DNA of 63,570 nucleotides, counting the filler, from Lenisia limosa (lineage: Eukaryota > Protista > Breviatea): the NCBI GenBank assembly GCA_001655205.1. It is 16 parts of 16 records of this genome, joined end to end, with 100 filler letters (N's around TTAATTAATTAA, not from the genome) between each part and the next. Parts side by side here need not be neighbours in the genome. Positions count along the whole stretch, not along the records: positions 36,189 to 43,083 come from LPNZ01004417.1; positions 43,184 to 48,736 come from LPNZ01010025.1; positions 48,837 to 52,578 come from LPNZ01008534.1; 13 more parts are not named here. One strand, written 5' to 3'. The notes beneath the pieces were generated by a model that saw only the letters and a program-made list of their open reading frames with translations, searched no databases and had not been told where the DNA came from. Below, piece after piece: positions 36,089 through 49,139 of the stretch; positions within the stretch are counted from its first letter, which is position 1; each line of letters starts with the position of its first letter. The position numbers and the translations under genes were made by a program.

Positions 36089-36599
36089 NNNNNNNNNNNN
36101 NNNNNNNNNNNNNNNNNNNNNNNNNNNNNNNNTTAATTAATTAANNNNNNNNNNNNNNNNNNNNNNNNNNNNNNNNNNNNNNNNNNNNTGAAAAATATTG
36201 GAATTTTGATCTTTAAAAGCTCAGTTATCAACATTTCAAAAAAGCTGGACCCATTCATATGTACTGGGCCCCTTTATATTCCCTGACCTATATATCATAT
36301 ATAATATACTATATATGCTGAAGCGCATAAACTGTGTTTTTTTTGGCATATCGTGTCGGTTTTGATTTTTGACCTACCACAGGGCCTTCTATCTAAGTTT
36401 TATCATACTTTTGAGTGTCAAAATAAGGGAAAAATTTTTTTTTGAAAAAGTCTAGTTCACATTTCAGTTCATTCCCTTTTCTCTGCTTTTTTTTTCTCAA
36501 CACCCCTCTTTGAAAATTTTGGATTTTAGACCACTTATTTTTTTGCTATTCTTATAGATTAACCTTAACTGAAGTAAACCTTATTGTTTGTTTGAGCAG

Positions 36600-37609
36600 A
36601 GGATCAATTCCTGAGCCAAATAATTGTGCCGCCAGCGGACCAAGGTGAGAAAATAACGTTTTTCTCGAATTTGAAGCACAAGAAGCCGTGCTGCGTCCAA
36701 GACGTCAATGAGCATTGGCAGCTTATAAGCGAACGGCTCTTTCGATCCACGATGTGCCTACCGGGAAGATTATCAACAAAAGCTCCACTCCATTCATAAA
36801 AGTACACAAAAAAGTGCCTCCCCAAACATCTGAAAACTAACTTTTAGCGACGTTTCAGCGAGCTTCTTGAGGAGATCATTGAAAAATTCAATTTGACGGT
36901 CAGTTGCTATCTTCGGAGCTAAAAAAAAAAAGAATAAAGAATAATAAATATAAAATCCAGGTAAGCATATTCTTTTATCATATTTCAATTGCAATGAAGT
37001 ATTTTGTACCTCTCGTTGCTGGGCTGAGAAAGTTAAATAGTATTTCTTTATTTGGCATGTCTACGTCAATCTCTGTCTGAGAACTTTGATCGGTTTGAAA
37101 CGTTCTTCGCCAAAGGAGGTTGCATTGCTGTTGGCCTCAATGACCATTCATCTGGCATCTGGTTTATTTGCTTCTTATTAACAAACAGGGATTAGCAACA
37201 GACCAGACCGCTTAGTGGAGTTTAGTAATGATTTCACGAAGTCTCTTGCAGCATCATCATTTTCTGGTGTGAGGGATAAGTTGGCCACACCTGTTGGAAT
37301 TTATTACTCCTGCATGGCAGACATTTGTGGTCTTGCGAAGGAACTTGCTTGCCATTGTGGCATTCTCAGTCTTCTTTTGTTTTAATGCAAGAACACAAGA
37401 AGAAGAGAGCTCCTAAGCTTGTATCCCAGGCTACGAAGAAGGTTGTATCTCTTCTTGTAGAGGAAGATGAAATGCTCCAGAACATGGAATCGGAAGGTAA
37501 ACCCATGATGAACTACTCTTTGGCGCAGTCATACAAGGCAAGGTCCTTGATGGATTTCAAGGCGAATGGATTGAAGGCTGACGATGTTTTTGTTGAGCTC
37601 AGTGAATAA
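36600..37609 (+). CDS. hypothetical protein (exon structure unresolved)
   Basis: Coding-like segments NFDRFETFFAKGGCIAVGLNDH, ISNRPDRLVEFSNDFTKSL and MQEHKKKRAPKLV...DDVFVELSE* (TAA ~37609). No family recognised. Confidence 0.35.
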
Positions 37610-38243
37610 AAGATGTTGGGTAAAGTCTTTCTTTGTTTTTTCCTGAAAAGGTTTCAATGAAAGTCCTTTCCAGCCACCATTCGTTCAATTTCTGACTAAC
37701 CATTATTGTATCATATGAATACTTATAGCTATAATATAGTATGATATCATATATATATATGATATATGATATACTATCTAAGATATACTATCATATATTA
37801 TTATGAATACTATTTTTAATGGTAGACAAAATTCATGTGTTTGTCGGGACGGTGTAACTATAATGTAGTATTGAAATATTATTCATTACATTTACTATGT
37901 TGTAGGTAAATAAGGCACTTACCAAACATCAAACCCCAGAATTTGTTTTACAAAAATCATAAATATTGAAAGTGCTTCAGGAGATCAATAATGTACATCA
38001 AAAAAACAAAAGAAAAAGAAAACACGAGACAATGGTACAGACAGACCTTTATCAAATAACAGCCACTGAAAAACCCCGCAACACAACACGTAGGCTAGGA
38101 GTCAAGGCTCGATTTGCTAGGAACATGAGGTTCGGACCAAAACAAAATGGGTTGAAATAAACACAAATTTCTTTGGATTTATGGCAATACGATTTCATTC
38201 TATCATCAAATCAAGACTATTATTCTATGATATTTGAGATCTT

Positions 38244-40060
38244 TTAAGAGTATACAAATGTCAATAATGGTAAAATCCAGCTCAAAAGCTTTTTGCGCTT
38301 CAGGGGTGAAGGAGTCTCAAGAGCAGAGGACGGGGTCTCCAAAAGGAAAGGATGAAGTAAATGGCATCTTGATCCAAGCTGACGTGTACGGTGAATCTTC
38401 GGAGTCATTGGGGAAATGGGAGCTGGCAAATCCAGCGACCGTACTTGTCTTACATCGGTGACCGGGAAGTCGGCAACAAAAAGCTCCTCGAAACGTTCAA
38501 TGAGGTCCTCAGCGTCCTCATCACTGGAGCTGGTCTCCTCGCTCACAGCAAAGCCAGAAGCAACAGAGAGACCGTAGGTAAGCTCAAACCGTAGCATGAA
38601 GAAGCCATGCTCGAGAAGCTCCTCTTCACTCATTGGAGCGAAGGCAGCGATAGCATCAAGAACCGAACTGGACACAACCTCCTCAATGTCCAGGAATTCC
38701 GTGTTCTTCTGGAAGAATCTTTGGCGAACGGTGTGGAGCTTGGACAACAGCCTTCTTGATGGGCTCAGGTTTAAAACCTTCTGGCCACAAGCGCTTCTCA
38801 AGGATAAGGATGTCCTTCTTGATGGCTGGCTTTGAAATTATCCGTACTTGTGGTCCTAAACCCATTAGCTACATAGACCTAGAGAGCTAATAAACCTTCG
38901 TTGGTGTCAGCCTCAGGGATAATGTCATCTTCGTAGGTGGCTTCACCAGAAATTCCGATGTTGGTAGCGGCGTTATCCAGAATGGACCTGGGCTGAGATG
39001 ACCAGCTTGTTCTCAAAGGCCTGTTGGCGCTCGGCTAAGGGCATGGCAGAAAGGCATGTTGAGCTAGAGCCACAAGGGTCGATCTTCTTGAAGGGACTGG
39101 TGGCCATTTGGAGAAAACAGATGAACTGAGGAGGTAAAAAGTTAAACCTCCCAAGGTGCAGCTTATCAACACTAAAATAGAAAAGATTTACTACAACACA
39201 AAGGAGGAGGAGGGGGGGGGCAAAATGACATTTCACACTAGTCAAAACAGAACACTCACCACAATTGAGTACCCTTGGTGATGCGCTTCTTGTTGACGAC
39301 TAAAGGGGAGACAAGACAACGGTCACAAAGCCCATGCTCTTAGAGGTTCTCGCAACGCGTCCACAAGTCTACAAGAAGGGATATAAGACTAACCTCATAG
39401 AGACCCATATATCTGGTTGATCTGAATAAGAATGAATATTTACATCGTTTTTAGTTGGGGGGGGGGTGGTGTCTCATAAAAGGAGTTGTTGGCAATTGAA
39501 TTGGTCTATTTGAATACTATAATCCAGTATCTCCTGTAATACTTGTGGTGTTTGTAATTATTAGAAAGAATAAAGGGGTTATGAAACATTTTGAAAGATA
39601 TGTCTAAAAGGTGTCAATTTGAAGGTTGTGTCTTCGACGACGGGCTTTTAGGATTCATTGTGAAATCAGTGTTTTTTTATCAACTGACCCCGAGTTACAT
39701 CTCTTTTTTTTGCGTTTTTCATATTAAATAGTAACTACTCATCTATCTAAGTACCTGTGATATNNNNNNNNNNATAAATACACATCGAACAGAGACCTGC
39801 TCACCTGTGTGACCTTGTGGACCATGTCTCTGAGACACAAAACCAGAAAAAGGTTGATGAGGAATGCGATGTTGACTCCCTAAAACATGAAAAACAGTGA
39901 TAATAATTGTGTAATTTTAGCAAAGCTTGGTTCATGCCTCACAGTTACCAGGACGACGGTCCCTATGATGATGAGTAGTTTATTGTTTGAATCAACCAGC
40001 CGAATCACATCTGCCTTCATTTCGGCGTCTGTGCCACCAGCAACAATGATGAGCTGGAAC
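38244..40060 (-). CDS. hypothetical gene(s): hydrophobic segments followed by an acidic domain; frames unresolved
   Basis: FQLIIVAGGTDAEMKADVIRLVD...LLIIIGTVVL, GVNIAFLINLFLVLCLRDMVHK, ILDNAATNIGISGEATYEDDIIPEADTNE and EFLDIEEVVSSSVLDAIAAF...SSSDEDAEDLIERFEELF. Codon usage looks natural but the frames switch. Confidence 0.35.
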
Positions 40061-40710
40061 ATATTCAAATGCCGATTAAAAAACATTTTTGTTCTAAGGT
40101 TATATATACAGTGTATACAGGTATTATATAATACTACAAAGAGTAGTAATAAAATAATACAATAGTATGAGATATTATATGTATATCATATACACTGACT
40201 GGGATAAGTCTTGACCAATATTTTATGGATTGACCGTGTGGAAATGATCAAGGCTTATCTTGACCACTAAGTAGTATATGACATATCATATGATATGATA
40301 CATACTATGTATGTATATTCTAACATCAAAAATAATTGTGGAAATAATAATATTTTATGTATTAAACAAAATAAAAAAGATTGGTATTATTTATTGGCGG
40401 GTCATATTCTATAAAATTGATCATAAAAGGAGGCAAGAAAAATGCAATCAAACCTCGCCAGCGTCAAAGAACTCTTGGAAATGTTCCTTGAGGATGTCGA
40501 TGTACGCAAGGGAGAGGACACAAATAAATCTTGAGTATTCCTTTGGTGAACTCAAGGATCATGTCAATCTAATTTGTGAGGGGATAAAATTCAAAGATAT
40601 CCACCGTATTAATATTCAAGGCCAAAAAAATGATCAAAATCGCATACGACAGTGGAGGAGGAGAAGGGCTTCTTGTCAGCGCCAATACGGAGATCAACAT
40701 ACAAGTTAGA

Positions 40711-41390
40711 CTAGTGAGAGTCTTCCTCATAGTATGCAGCTGGGTCGATTCCAAATTGGTGGCAGATATCCTTCCAGCAGATGTCACCTGAACGGTTAAC
40801 ACATATGATAGTATATAATATGTATTTCAATACTATAATCGTCTTTTTTGAACCGGGGTGAAGACCCACATACATCGTATAATATACACGTCGAAAGAAT
40901 GTGTTGCCCCAATTCATGGGAATGAAAACCTCACAACACCAAATAATACAATATCCACCTCACAATTCAACTCTAATCTATGTTTGTATTTAGTAAATAG
41001 CAAAACTGAAAAAAAAATACACCAAGTAATCCCCAGGCCAACCGAGAGGGGAACTTTTCCTTTCAGGGAATACACAAAAGAGAAGAGCCATTGCGGGGCG
41101 AAAAGAAGTCCTAAATCATGAAACTTATTAATACTTCACAAACCAAGCCGGGATGAGTGAGCTTCGTCAACAACGAAAAGAGAAATCTTGTCCTGCTCAA
41201 GGTACATGTTGATGACGGAGTGGAGGAGAGGGCCACGGCAGTTGGGGCCGGTCACCACCATATCCTCAGGAGACAGGTAGCCTATATTGTAACAAAGGCG
41301 AAGCTTGATACAGTTCTGAACACACATATGGATAAAATACCCACGTACAAACAAAGGGAGGGAGTGGAGCATAGGAATCCACTCCTTCAC
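40711..41390 (-). CDS. divergent, apparently truncated RecQ-like DEAH-box fragment (possible pseudogene)
   Basis: IKLRLCYNIGYLSPE...MYLEQDKISLFVVDEAH-SSRLG-LLFAPQW...VPLSVGLGIT...WKDICHQFGI... aligns loosely with RecQ motifs Ib-III, then stops (TAG 40711). No Walker A and no second RecA domain are visible. Confidence 0.45.
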
Positions 41391-41621
41391 CTGGAAGAGG
41401 CAGATATTAAAAAAGGCAACACGGGCCGGATTGACCCAGAGTTGCTGGGAGAATCTTTCCCAGATCTTTCTCCAGATCTTTGGGATTGTATGTTTTGACG
41501 GGAGTTGTTTGGAGAGTAGAGCTGAAGTAGGAATTGGGAGTAGTTAAACAGGAGTACAGGTCGGGTACTGGTTGTTACAGGTGTTCCAGTGTCCTATTAC
41601 TTCGCGTATTCTTCATTTAAA

Positions 41622-42400
41622 ATGAGTGCAATTGAACAAAATAACAAAGCCCAAAAGCAAAAGTTAGCAGAATATAGGGAACAGCTGGAACATGTGGAGG
41701 AGGCGTTACTTTCAAGTCCAAACGAAGCTGGCCTACTTTCTTTAAAAGCAGACCTCAATGAAGGTTTTTGTTATTGCACTTATAAGTAATTTTTTTATCG
41801 GAGACAATTCTTGAAAAAAGTCCTTGGAAAGTTGGAGACAGGTGTTTGGCTCCCTTCAGTGATGGGCAAATATATGAAGCTGTGATTGCAAGTATTACGG
41901 AAGGGGATGCGACTATTCGGTTTTACGGGTTATTCCTTTTCTTTATCAAGATATGGGAATTCTTTGACAGTGCCTCTCAAACAGCTTGAATCCCCAACAG
42001 GAATTGGTATAAATAAGCGGAAAGTGGGAGGCGAAGTAATCACAATTCCCGACTCTTTGGTTCTCCTTTCTTCAGATTCAGAAGCAGTGGTTAAGTCAAA
42101 AAAAAGGAAAATCAAAGTATTGAAATACCAAACTAAGTAGTTTTTTTTTATTACGTACAATAATCTGGCAAGACCAAATTGTCCAGGAGCACAACGTCAA
42201 AAAAACAAAATGGCAAACATTTTTGAATAAGCGAAAGTAATTGGCTGCTCAATGCTACTTATTTTGAGGCTTTTTAATGCCTGAATGAATGCTTGAGATA
42301 TCATATTTCCAAATCTATCGAATATTGTAGGAAGGGGACGGAAGAGGGTTGCGGGCTGAGGCCCTGCTTGTGGCACCGCTCTAGGAGGTATATATATTCT
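41622..42400 (+). CDS. SMNDC1: SPF30/SMNDC1 Tudor-domain splicing factor
   Basis: KLAEYREQLEHVEEALLSSPNEAGLLSLKADLNE; Tudor WKVGDRCLAPFSDGQIYEAVIASI...IRFTGYGN; IPDSLVLLSSDSEAVVKSKKRKIK; KKTKWQTFLNK. The last exon is uncertain. Confidence 0.85.
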
Positions 42401-42512
42401 GTAAGATATATATGCCTCCTTGCACCGCTCGTCACAAAGGGCAAGCACCAAGCACATCAAACTTTTTTTTTAACCCCGTACGGTATTCTTAGTGTTTGTA
42501 AGACCCTATATA

Positions 42513-42929
42513 CAGTGCGCAGCAAAATTATTGCGCCCGTTTTTTTTTTTTTCTTTCTTAACTTTTCACCATTTTTGTTGTTTTTTTCAATAAAAAAGTA
42601 CCAAAAACAAACTCCAAATACTCTCAGAATGATGCTCGTCAACTGTTTTGGGTTTAAATCTTGGGATTGGACCCAGGGGAGGATTCTAAAGTTGGATTCT
42701 AAATAAGTCAAGCTCAACCTAAATCAAACTTTGGAAGTGTGCTTCGGGTTGTAATCTTGTTGAAAGGATTTTTATATTTTGAGGTTAGACTTCCTTAAAA
42801 GTATTATTTAAAAGCGATGTGGGCACCATTCTGTGATTATTTGGAGTTGTTTGATCCTTCTTTTTTTTTATAACCTACTGAAAAGTTATGGAAAAAAACA
42901 AAACGGCGCATTATTTTTGCTGCGCGCTG
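42513..42929. mobile_element. non-autonomous Tc1/mariner-like element, ~417 bp
   Basis: ta-CAGTGCGCAGCAAAATTATTGCGCCCGTTTT...AAAACGGCGCATTATTTTTGCTGCGCGCTG-ta: ~30-bp imperfect TIRs starting CAGTG, TA on both sides, no ORF. Confidence 0.75.
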
Positions 42930-43409
42930 TATTTTTATTATAATATACTATATGTATGTGGACCTCTTTTCATATGATACGTCATTCAGTTCAGCGCGTC
43001 TTCGGTATGAGCGAACTTTTTTCTGTTTGGATCTGAAGCCATGGAGGTAAAATATATGCTCACGGTCCTAAATGGTGTCATTANNNNNNNNNNNNNNNNN
43101 NNNNNNNNNNNNNNNNNNNNNNNNNNNTTAATTAATTAANNNNNNNNNNNNNNNNNNNNNNNNNNNNNNNNNNNNNNNNNNNNGGGGGGGGGGGGGGGGA
43201 AGTAAAATTGGAAATTTATGAAATAAAAAAAAAGCCCAAAATCAACTCTTGTAACTGACAACACACGAAGACAATTTGAGAGATTAATAATATTATATAT
43301 TATACATATTATAGCTCTATGGATATTTGTGAGATGAGGAATAAAACAAGGTTGTATCTGACCAAAGCCGCCCACACCATCACAATACCATGATAGGGTT
43401 ACCCCCCAC

Positions 43410-45647
43410 CATTATAAGGTCTGTTTTCACACATTTCAGGGGAAATGTACATGGGGGTCCCAGCCTGTCGAGAGTTAAATAATTCATCCTTTCGGCACTG
43501 TTTGTTGCGCAGTTGTCTTAATGGGAAAATCAGAATGTGTTAACAATTACATGCAAACGCTGACCGCTATAAGTCCTGACATGAATATTGAGCTTTTCTT
43601 TAGTCAATCGTTTCAGGACTTATTGCAGTGATTATACAATATTTATATTACTACTATGTGAAAAATATATCATATATATTACTACTAATATGATAGAGCC
43701 TATCATATATAATACTAGTATACCTAAGGCGGCCGTTCAAAATTCTGGTTACTTCCGACTGAAGGTGCATATACATGTATACCGGTATACCCCCCCCCCC
43801 CANNNNNNNNNNNNNNNNNNNNNNNNNNNNNNNNNNNNNNNNNNNNNNNNNNNNNNNNNNNNNNNNNNNNNNNNNNNNNNNNNNATTTTGACGTTGTTAT
43901 TTGCGTCAAGGAAGACATTCAAACTAGTGAGATTACATGAAGAGTTGAGAAATAAAAATGGGAGGTGGGTAAAAAACAATAGGTAGTATCAGGCAAAACC
44001 GTCCGCCATCATTGTTATAAGATTTCATATTTGATTAGTACAGTATTAATTTACCCTATCATTTGCCGTACAACCCTGTGCACAGCTTTCTGTGTGCCAC
44101 CACATACATGAGAAATAGCTTTTAAGAGCCAGCATCATATTCATTACGAAAATATTGTGAACAAAACAATATCTAGCGTAACATATGCAAAATCTTGGGT
44201 GATGTATCGATAATCTAGGAATAATACATAAAATCTTGGGTGTCGTATCGATTTGTTATATCTATTTTGACCCCCCAGGATGAGATTTCCGTAGGATTAG
44301 ATTTCCGTCCTCCCCACGTTTTCAAATCTCTCTATCCCAACCCCACGTTTTCAAATCTCGATGCAACATGTTGCGAGTGTGGATATGGAGAACACCGAGA
44401 CAGATCTGTGGTGAAGGTCACAAGGACAAGGTTGGTGGCTCTAGTCGTGGCCACTCAGATTCAAAGCAAAACGGCTGAAATTCTGATTCTAAGCCCCCCC
44501 CCCCCCCCNNNNNNNNNNNNNNNNNNNNNNNNNNNNNNNNNNNNNNNNNNNNNNNNNNNNNNNNNNNNNNNNNNNNNNNNNNNNNNNNNNNNNNNNNNNN
44601 AACGACCGCGTCTTTTCTAGGCCGTCAATCATGCCTACGGTCCGGAAAACTCCGGCAAAATTTCGATGTTTATCGAGGATTTATCGACAAGTTGGTCTTT
44701 TTTGGACCATACATGTATGGTACCCCTGTGTATATATTGATGAACTTCAATTATGACAAGCGTCTAGGTTGTTAGTAATCACTCCTAAATACGTGTTTAC
44801 TGAAGTCCCGGTATGTGGTTATTGAATGTTGCGTCATATCCATTACTGGTTATTGAATGTTGCGTCATATCCATTAAGCCTGTTTCTTCCAATATAACCT
44901 TATTGTATCGAGTGGGGGGGGGGGGGGNNNNNNNNNNNNNNNNNNNNNNNNNNNNNNNNNNNNNNNNNNNNNNNNNNNNNNNNNNNNNNNNNNNNNNNNN
45001 NNNNNNNNNNNNNNNNNNNNNNNNNNNNNNNNNNNNNNNNNNNNNNNNNNNNNNNNNNNNNNNNNNNGGTGCTACCAGTAAAAGGTTGAAAAGGGTGTTA
45101 ATCCTAATCACCCTCAGACCATGACTAGAAGCTACACCCATCATCACCTTCAGACCATGACTATAAGCTACACCCATCATCCTTATCTACACCCCATCTA
45201 TTATCGTTTCATAATATTATACCATAACCATCATCCTTATATACCTTGAGGAAATCGTAGAGATTCCCATTTTCTGCGTATTCCATGACGATGTGGAGGG
45301 CCTCATTCTCGACAAAGGAACCATAGTATCTGGTGATGTAGGGCGAGGAGAGGGCTGCTAACGCCTGTACCAGGTCAATATAGCGTTTTAAGCAATATTT
45401 AAACACTTTACGCTCAACAAAACCCTCGGAGAGATGAGGGAAGAGTCGGGAACAGTCCAAAACCAACCTTAACCTCCACCTCCGTCTCCTTCTTCTCTCT
45501 GGATGACAAGCCTCTGATGTCAATGACCTTAACAACGACGAATTTTCCATCTTTCCGCCTTCTAGCCTTGTGGACCACCCCAAAAGATCCTTTGCCAAGA
45601 ACCTGCAAAAGGCTGAAGTCACTCAGCCTCAATCGCACTGGTGGCAT
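43410..45647 (-). CDS. NIMA-related (NEK) Ser/Thr kinase, N-terminal catalytic domain, partial
   Basis: LGKGSFGVVHKARRRKDGKFVVVKVI...EKKETEVEVK; YITRYYGSFVENEALHIVMEYAENGNL; ICLGVLHIHTRNMLHRDLKT (~44347-44405); LNVFLDANNNVKI; GTPMYISPEMCENRPYN (~43410-43460). Confidence 0.9.
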
Positions 45648-46845
45648 TTTTCCTAGTTAAAATGACTCTACTTATACTCTTTTTCTCGTAGAATCCTTTT
45701 GTTTTTTTCGGAAGCAAAATTGCTCTTTCTTGACAAAAATGTAAGTTTAATGTAAATAATGTAAATCCAAGTTGAATTCCAAATATGGTAAGTTTGCGGG
45801 TACTTTTATCTTATCTGGCTCTCTTTTCTTGCAAGCCAACTTCCATTTTCTGTGCCTTTATTTCTTGTTATAAAGCCAAATCCCAAGCAAAACAGCGCTT
45901 ACGCCCCCAAAACGCTTTTATCGCCCCCCTTCTGTCTTGCAAAAGCAGGCCCAAGTTCATGAGCGGATCTCCGAGTCCCGCCATCTCTCTTGTAGGATGG
46001 CGGCTTCATTTATAACTTGTTTGACGTTGAATAGCTTTGTTTTGTTTGTTTCCTTTCTCTTCCTTATGTTGCCATTTTTGCCTCTAATGGGAAGACAATT
46101 GGTTGTTTTGGTTTTATTCCAAGGTCATAATGATGTGGATGGTTTTGGCCAGATACTAGATTGTTTTAGTATTATACTACTACCCAATATCTCTGATATG
46201 ATGGTGTGGATGACTTCGGCCAGATACAGCCTTGTTTTATTTCTCATCTCCGTTGTATATTTTATATCGCTTCAGTTTTAAACGCCGAAATCAGTTTCTC
46301 GAAGTGAAATCCTGGAACTGTTTTCACACTTTACACTTTTTTGTATTAATGTTTTGATTAACTCGGCTTCCAATTAAAATTTATTTTTAAAAAAATCTCA
46401 GAATTACCAGTGTCATGGCCAAAATATACTCATTTTCCGAAAAATGAGAAGTGCATACGACCATAATACATTATTTCCCTCTCTTTTGCAGTATTTCATA
46501 AGGCCTTACATTTCACGTCCACTATAGACATTGATTGATAGTTCATTGGAAATTTATTCTTCTATAAGATCCAAAAAATACAATTTCGATCAATGATGAT
46601 ACATGATGACACGTTCCAAATAACCAAAAGTCTGAAATTAAATATTGAGGTTGTGTTTATGGATTTGATTTCAAAACCACTCTCCGCTCTTTACATTTTC
46701 ATAATCCAATCAGGTCAAATTTGATGACTGGTTGCCACTTCTCATATCATCATCACCATCGTTTATTCACTTGTTTAATCCGACTTTACATAAAATTAGA
46801 AAAATCAATGTTACCAATACATATAGTTTAATACTTACCATATAG

Positions 46846-47752
46846 GGAAGGTATATCCGCGAAGAAGACCCCACCCCTGAGCCAACAATGGTAGTCTCAC
46901 AGTGAATTTGACAACATTATTTTGATAGAAGTTGTTGATTTTCGAAATCATAACAGCGTTGAAAACACTTTTTGTTTCAACAATATTTCACAATACAGTC
47001 TTTTCGAGAGTAAGAAATATTTCAAATATTATACTATTAATGATTAGGCACACAAAACTGGACTGGACTTTGGTTGTTTTATTTTCAACTGCACGAAATG
47101 TTAAACCGACTGATTAATATTTCATACATTCAATTTTTTTCTCACCTCTCCCCTCAGAAAACCCGGTCACAGTCCGCTGAAGAGGACAAATCTCCCGTAA
47201 AACCCGATGCCGTTGAAGTTCCGGAAGATGAAATCCCCCGGGTTTGCGTGGAGGAAATATTCTAGAGTTGTCAAACACTGAACCAAAAATTATACCCCAA
47301 AATTATTGTATTGTGAGTGGGGTTACACCATTGGAGTAGTAAAAGCCAAACCTCGCTAAATTTGTGTGAACTATAAAGACAAACTAAACGCATTGTGTCC
47401 CTTCTGTGTTTGAAACCATTTTCCGGTCTTATCAAGGTCTAACGTTGTCTCAGGAGAAGTCAACATCACCCCCGCCATTTTCGCCGCTTACGCGTCTAGT
47501 AGAAAATGTAGGTGGAACACTACACTGGGATATTTTTGGATACTATCAATGACAAAATCTGTTGAAAATATAATTTTTCATATAATATGATAATATGAAG
47601 CTAGTAGAAAATAGCTTTTGAAGAATTTGAATATTTGAATAATAATTTAGGATCGTGGGGCAATGTGGGCCCTCATCATCGCCATTGTTGCCCTCTTGGT
47701 GTTGGCAGCAGTCAAGGAGTACGCCGGCGTAGAGCCAGACGAACATGACTAA
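46846..47752 (+). CDS. hypothetical tail-anchored membrane protein, C-terminal exons
   Basis: GRYIREEDPTPEPTM, KTRSQSAEEDKSPVKPDAVEVPEDEIPR and DRGAMWALIIAIVALLVLAAVKEYAGVEPDEHD* (single C-terminal TM helix). Confidence 0.45.
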
Positions 47753-48050
47753 ATATGACTAATGCAACTAATGCAACCTTTTTTGAATTTTGAATCCTGG
47801 GTTTGTTATGTGGGAGAATACATTCATAGAAATACATGTTATCATGGGGGCATAAAAGAACTCCATAAGAGGATAAAATTGTCATGTTGCATCCTCCATT
47901 AAGCCTGAACAACCATTTGAACTCATTTGCTACCCAAAAACGGATATATAATAACTCGCCAGTGGGCTTTTCTTACAGTAGTACTCACTTAATGAAAATT
48001 GAAGGGATTTTCATCACACCTCCGCATCCTACATACAGTACCATAATTGT

Positions 48051-48736
48051 CTATTGAAGCGCCTGTTGGAAAGCTGCTTTGATTCGAGGGTCTTTGGCTA
48101 AGTCTAATAGACCCTGCCCAGCCTAAGTCGTCAAAAATGGAAATGTTTGCTAAGTGTTTTGCAGTACTATTGTAAAATGAAAAGGTTTTCCCAAAGAGTT
48201 AAGGATCCAAGAATCCCAGCTCGTTATCTGTGGTGTGCATATAAAATGGAAATTGAAAACGAGAGAAATCCATTTCAAATCAGATAACTGCCTTTTTGAA
48301 AGGTAAAACCCTTCTTCCTCAAACATATCCACACACCTTGTTTTTGAGGTCGATAGCAGCACCGCTCTTTGCCAGGGTTGCCACGATTTCCAAGGAGTTG
48401 TCGTTGCCGACGGAATACAGAATGGGGGTCATGCCGTCCTGTGTGGGGGGGGGATAATGGAAAATTTAACACACGAGGATTGAGAACAACAAAGCAAACA
48501 AAGTCCAGGCCAGTCGCTTCTGCAGCACCGCATCCCATCACTCCAGCGTATAGGGGAGGCGGGGGGATTATAATGGTGGGAAGGTATCAATAGGGAGAAG
48601 AGTATCAACTGCATAGACAAACACCCAACTTACACAGTCAGCCAAGTTGGGGTCTGCCTTATGAGTCAACAACAGCTGGACACACTCCAAACTGCAGGCA
48701 TGTGCGGCTTCGTGAAGGGCAGTGGCTTGTTGCTAC
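48051..48736 (-). CDS. ankyrin-repeat protein, C-terminal part
   Basis: ATALHEAAHACSLECVQLLLTHKADPNLADC-DGMTPILYSVGNDNSLEIVATLAKSGAAIDLKNK-AGQGLLDLA...*. Confidence 0.85.
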
Positions 48737-49139
48737 NNNNNNNNNNNNNNNNNNNNNNNNNNNNNNNNNNNNNNNNNNNNTTAATTAATTAANNNNNNNN
48801 NNNNNNNNNNNNNNNNNNNNNNNNNNNNNNNNNNNNGCCCCCCTAAATCTTGAAGCACAAAGTGCATTACAGTATGGAACTATACCGCAGTTATAAAGCT
48901 TCGTCGGTCTACAAAATTTAGTAAATGGAGGTATGCATAAGAAAACAGGTGAAGCTCTAGTATTTCTGTTCTTACCCCAAAAATTTGTATTCTTCCTGAC
49001 CCAAAAACTGGCTGAATTCTCGATATATACTCGATAAATATCCATAATTTACCCATCTTTTAAAACCGAAAGTGAAGATAAAAAAAAACACCCACAAAAG
49101 TATGGTTAATCGATTGCTTAAAAATCCTCAGGCTCACTT

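Noticed and set aside
36709-36711. In-frame TGA suggesting stop-codon reassignment
   Set aside because: The conserved genes (COPE, cathepsin, RAD54, Hydin, NEK) splice open without internal stops, and TAA and TAG end well-supported genes normally. The exon structure at this site is unresolved.
46831-46900. U1 snRNA candidate (ATACTTACC...GCGAAG)
   Set aside because: It is better explained as branch point CTTAC + catatag acceptor followed by the in-frame exon GRYIREEDPTPEPTM. The U1 stems and Sm site are not convincingly present.
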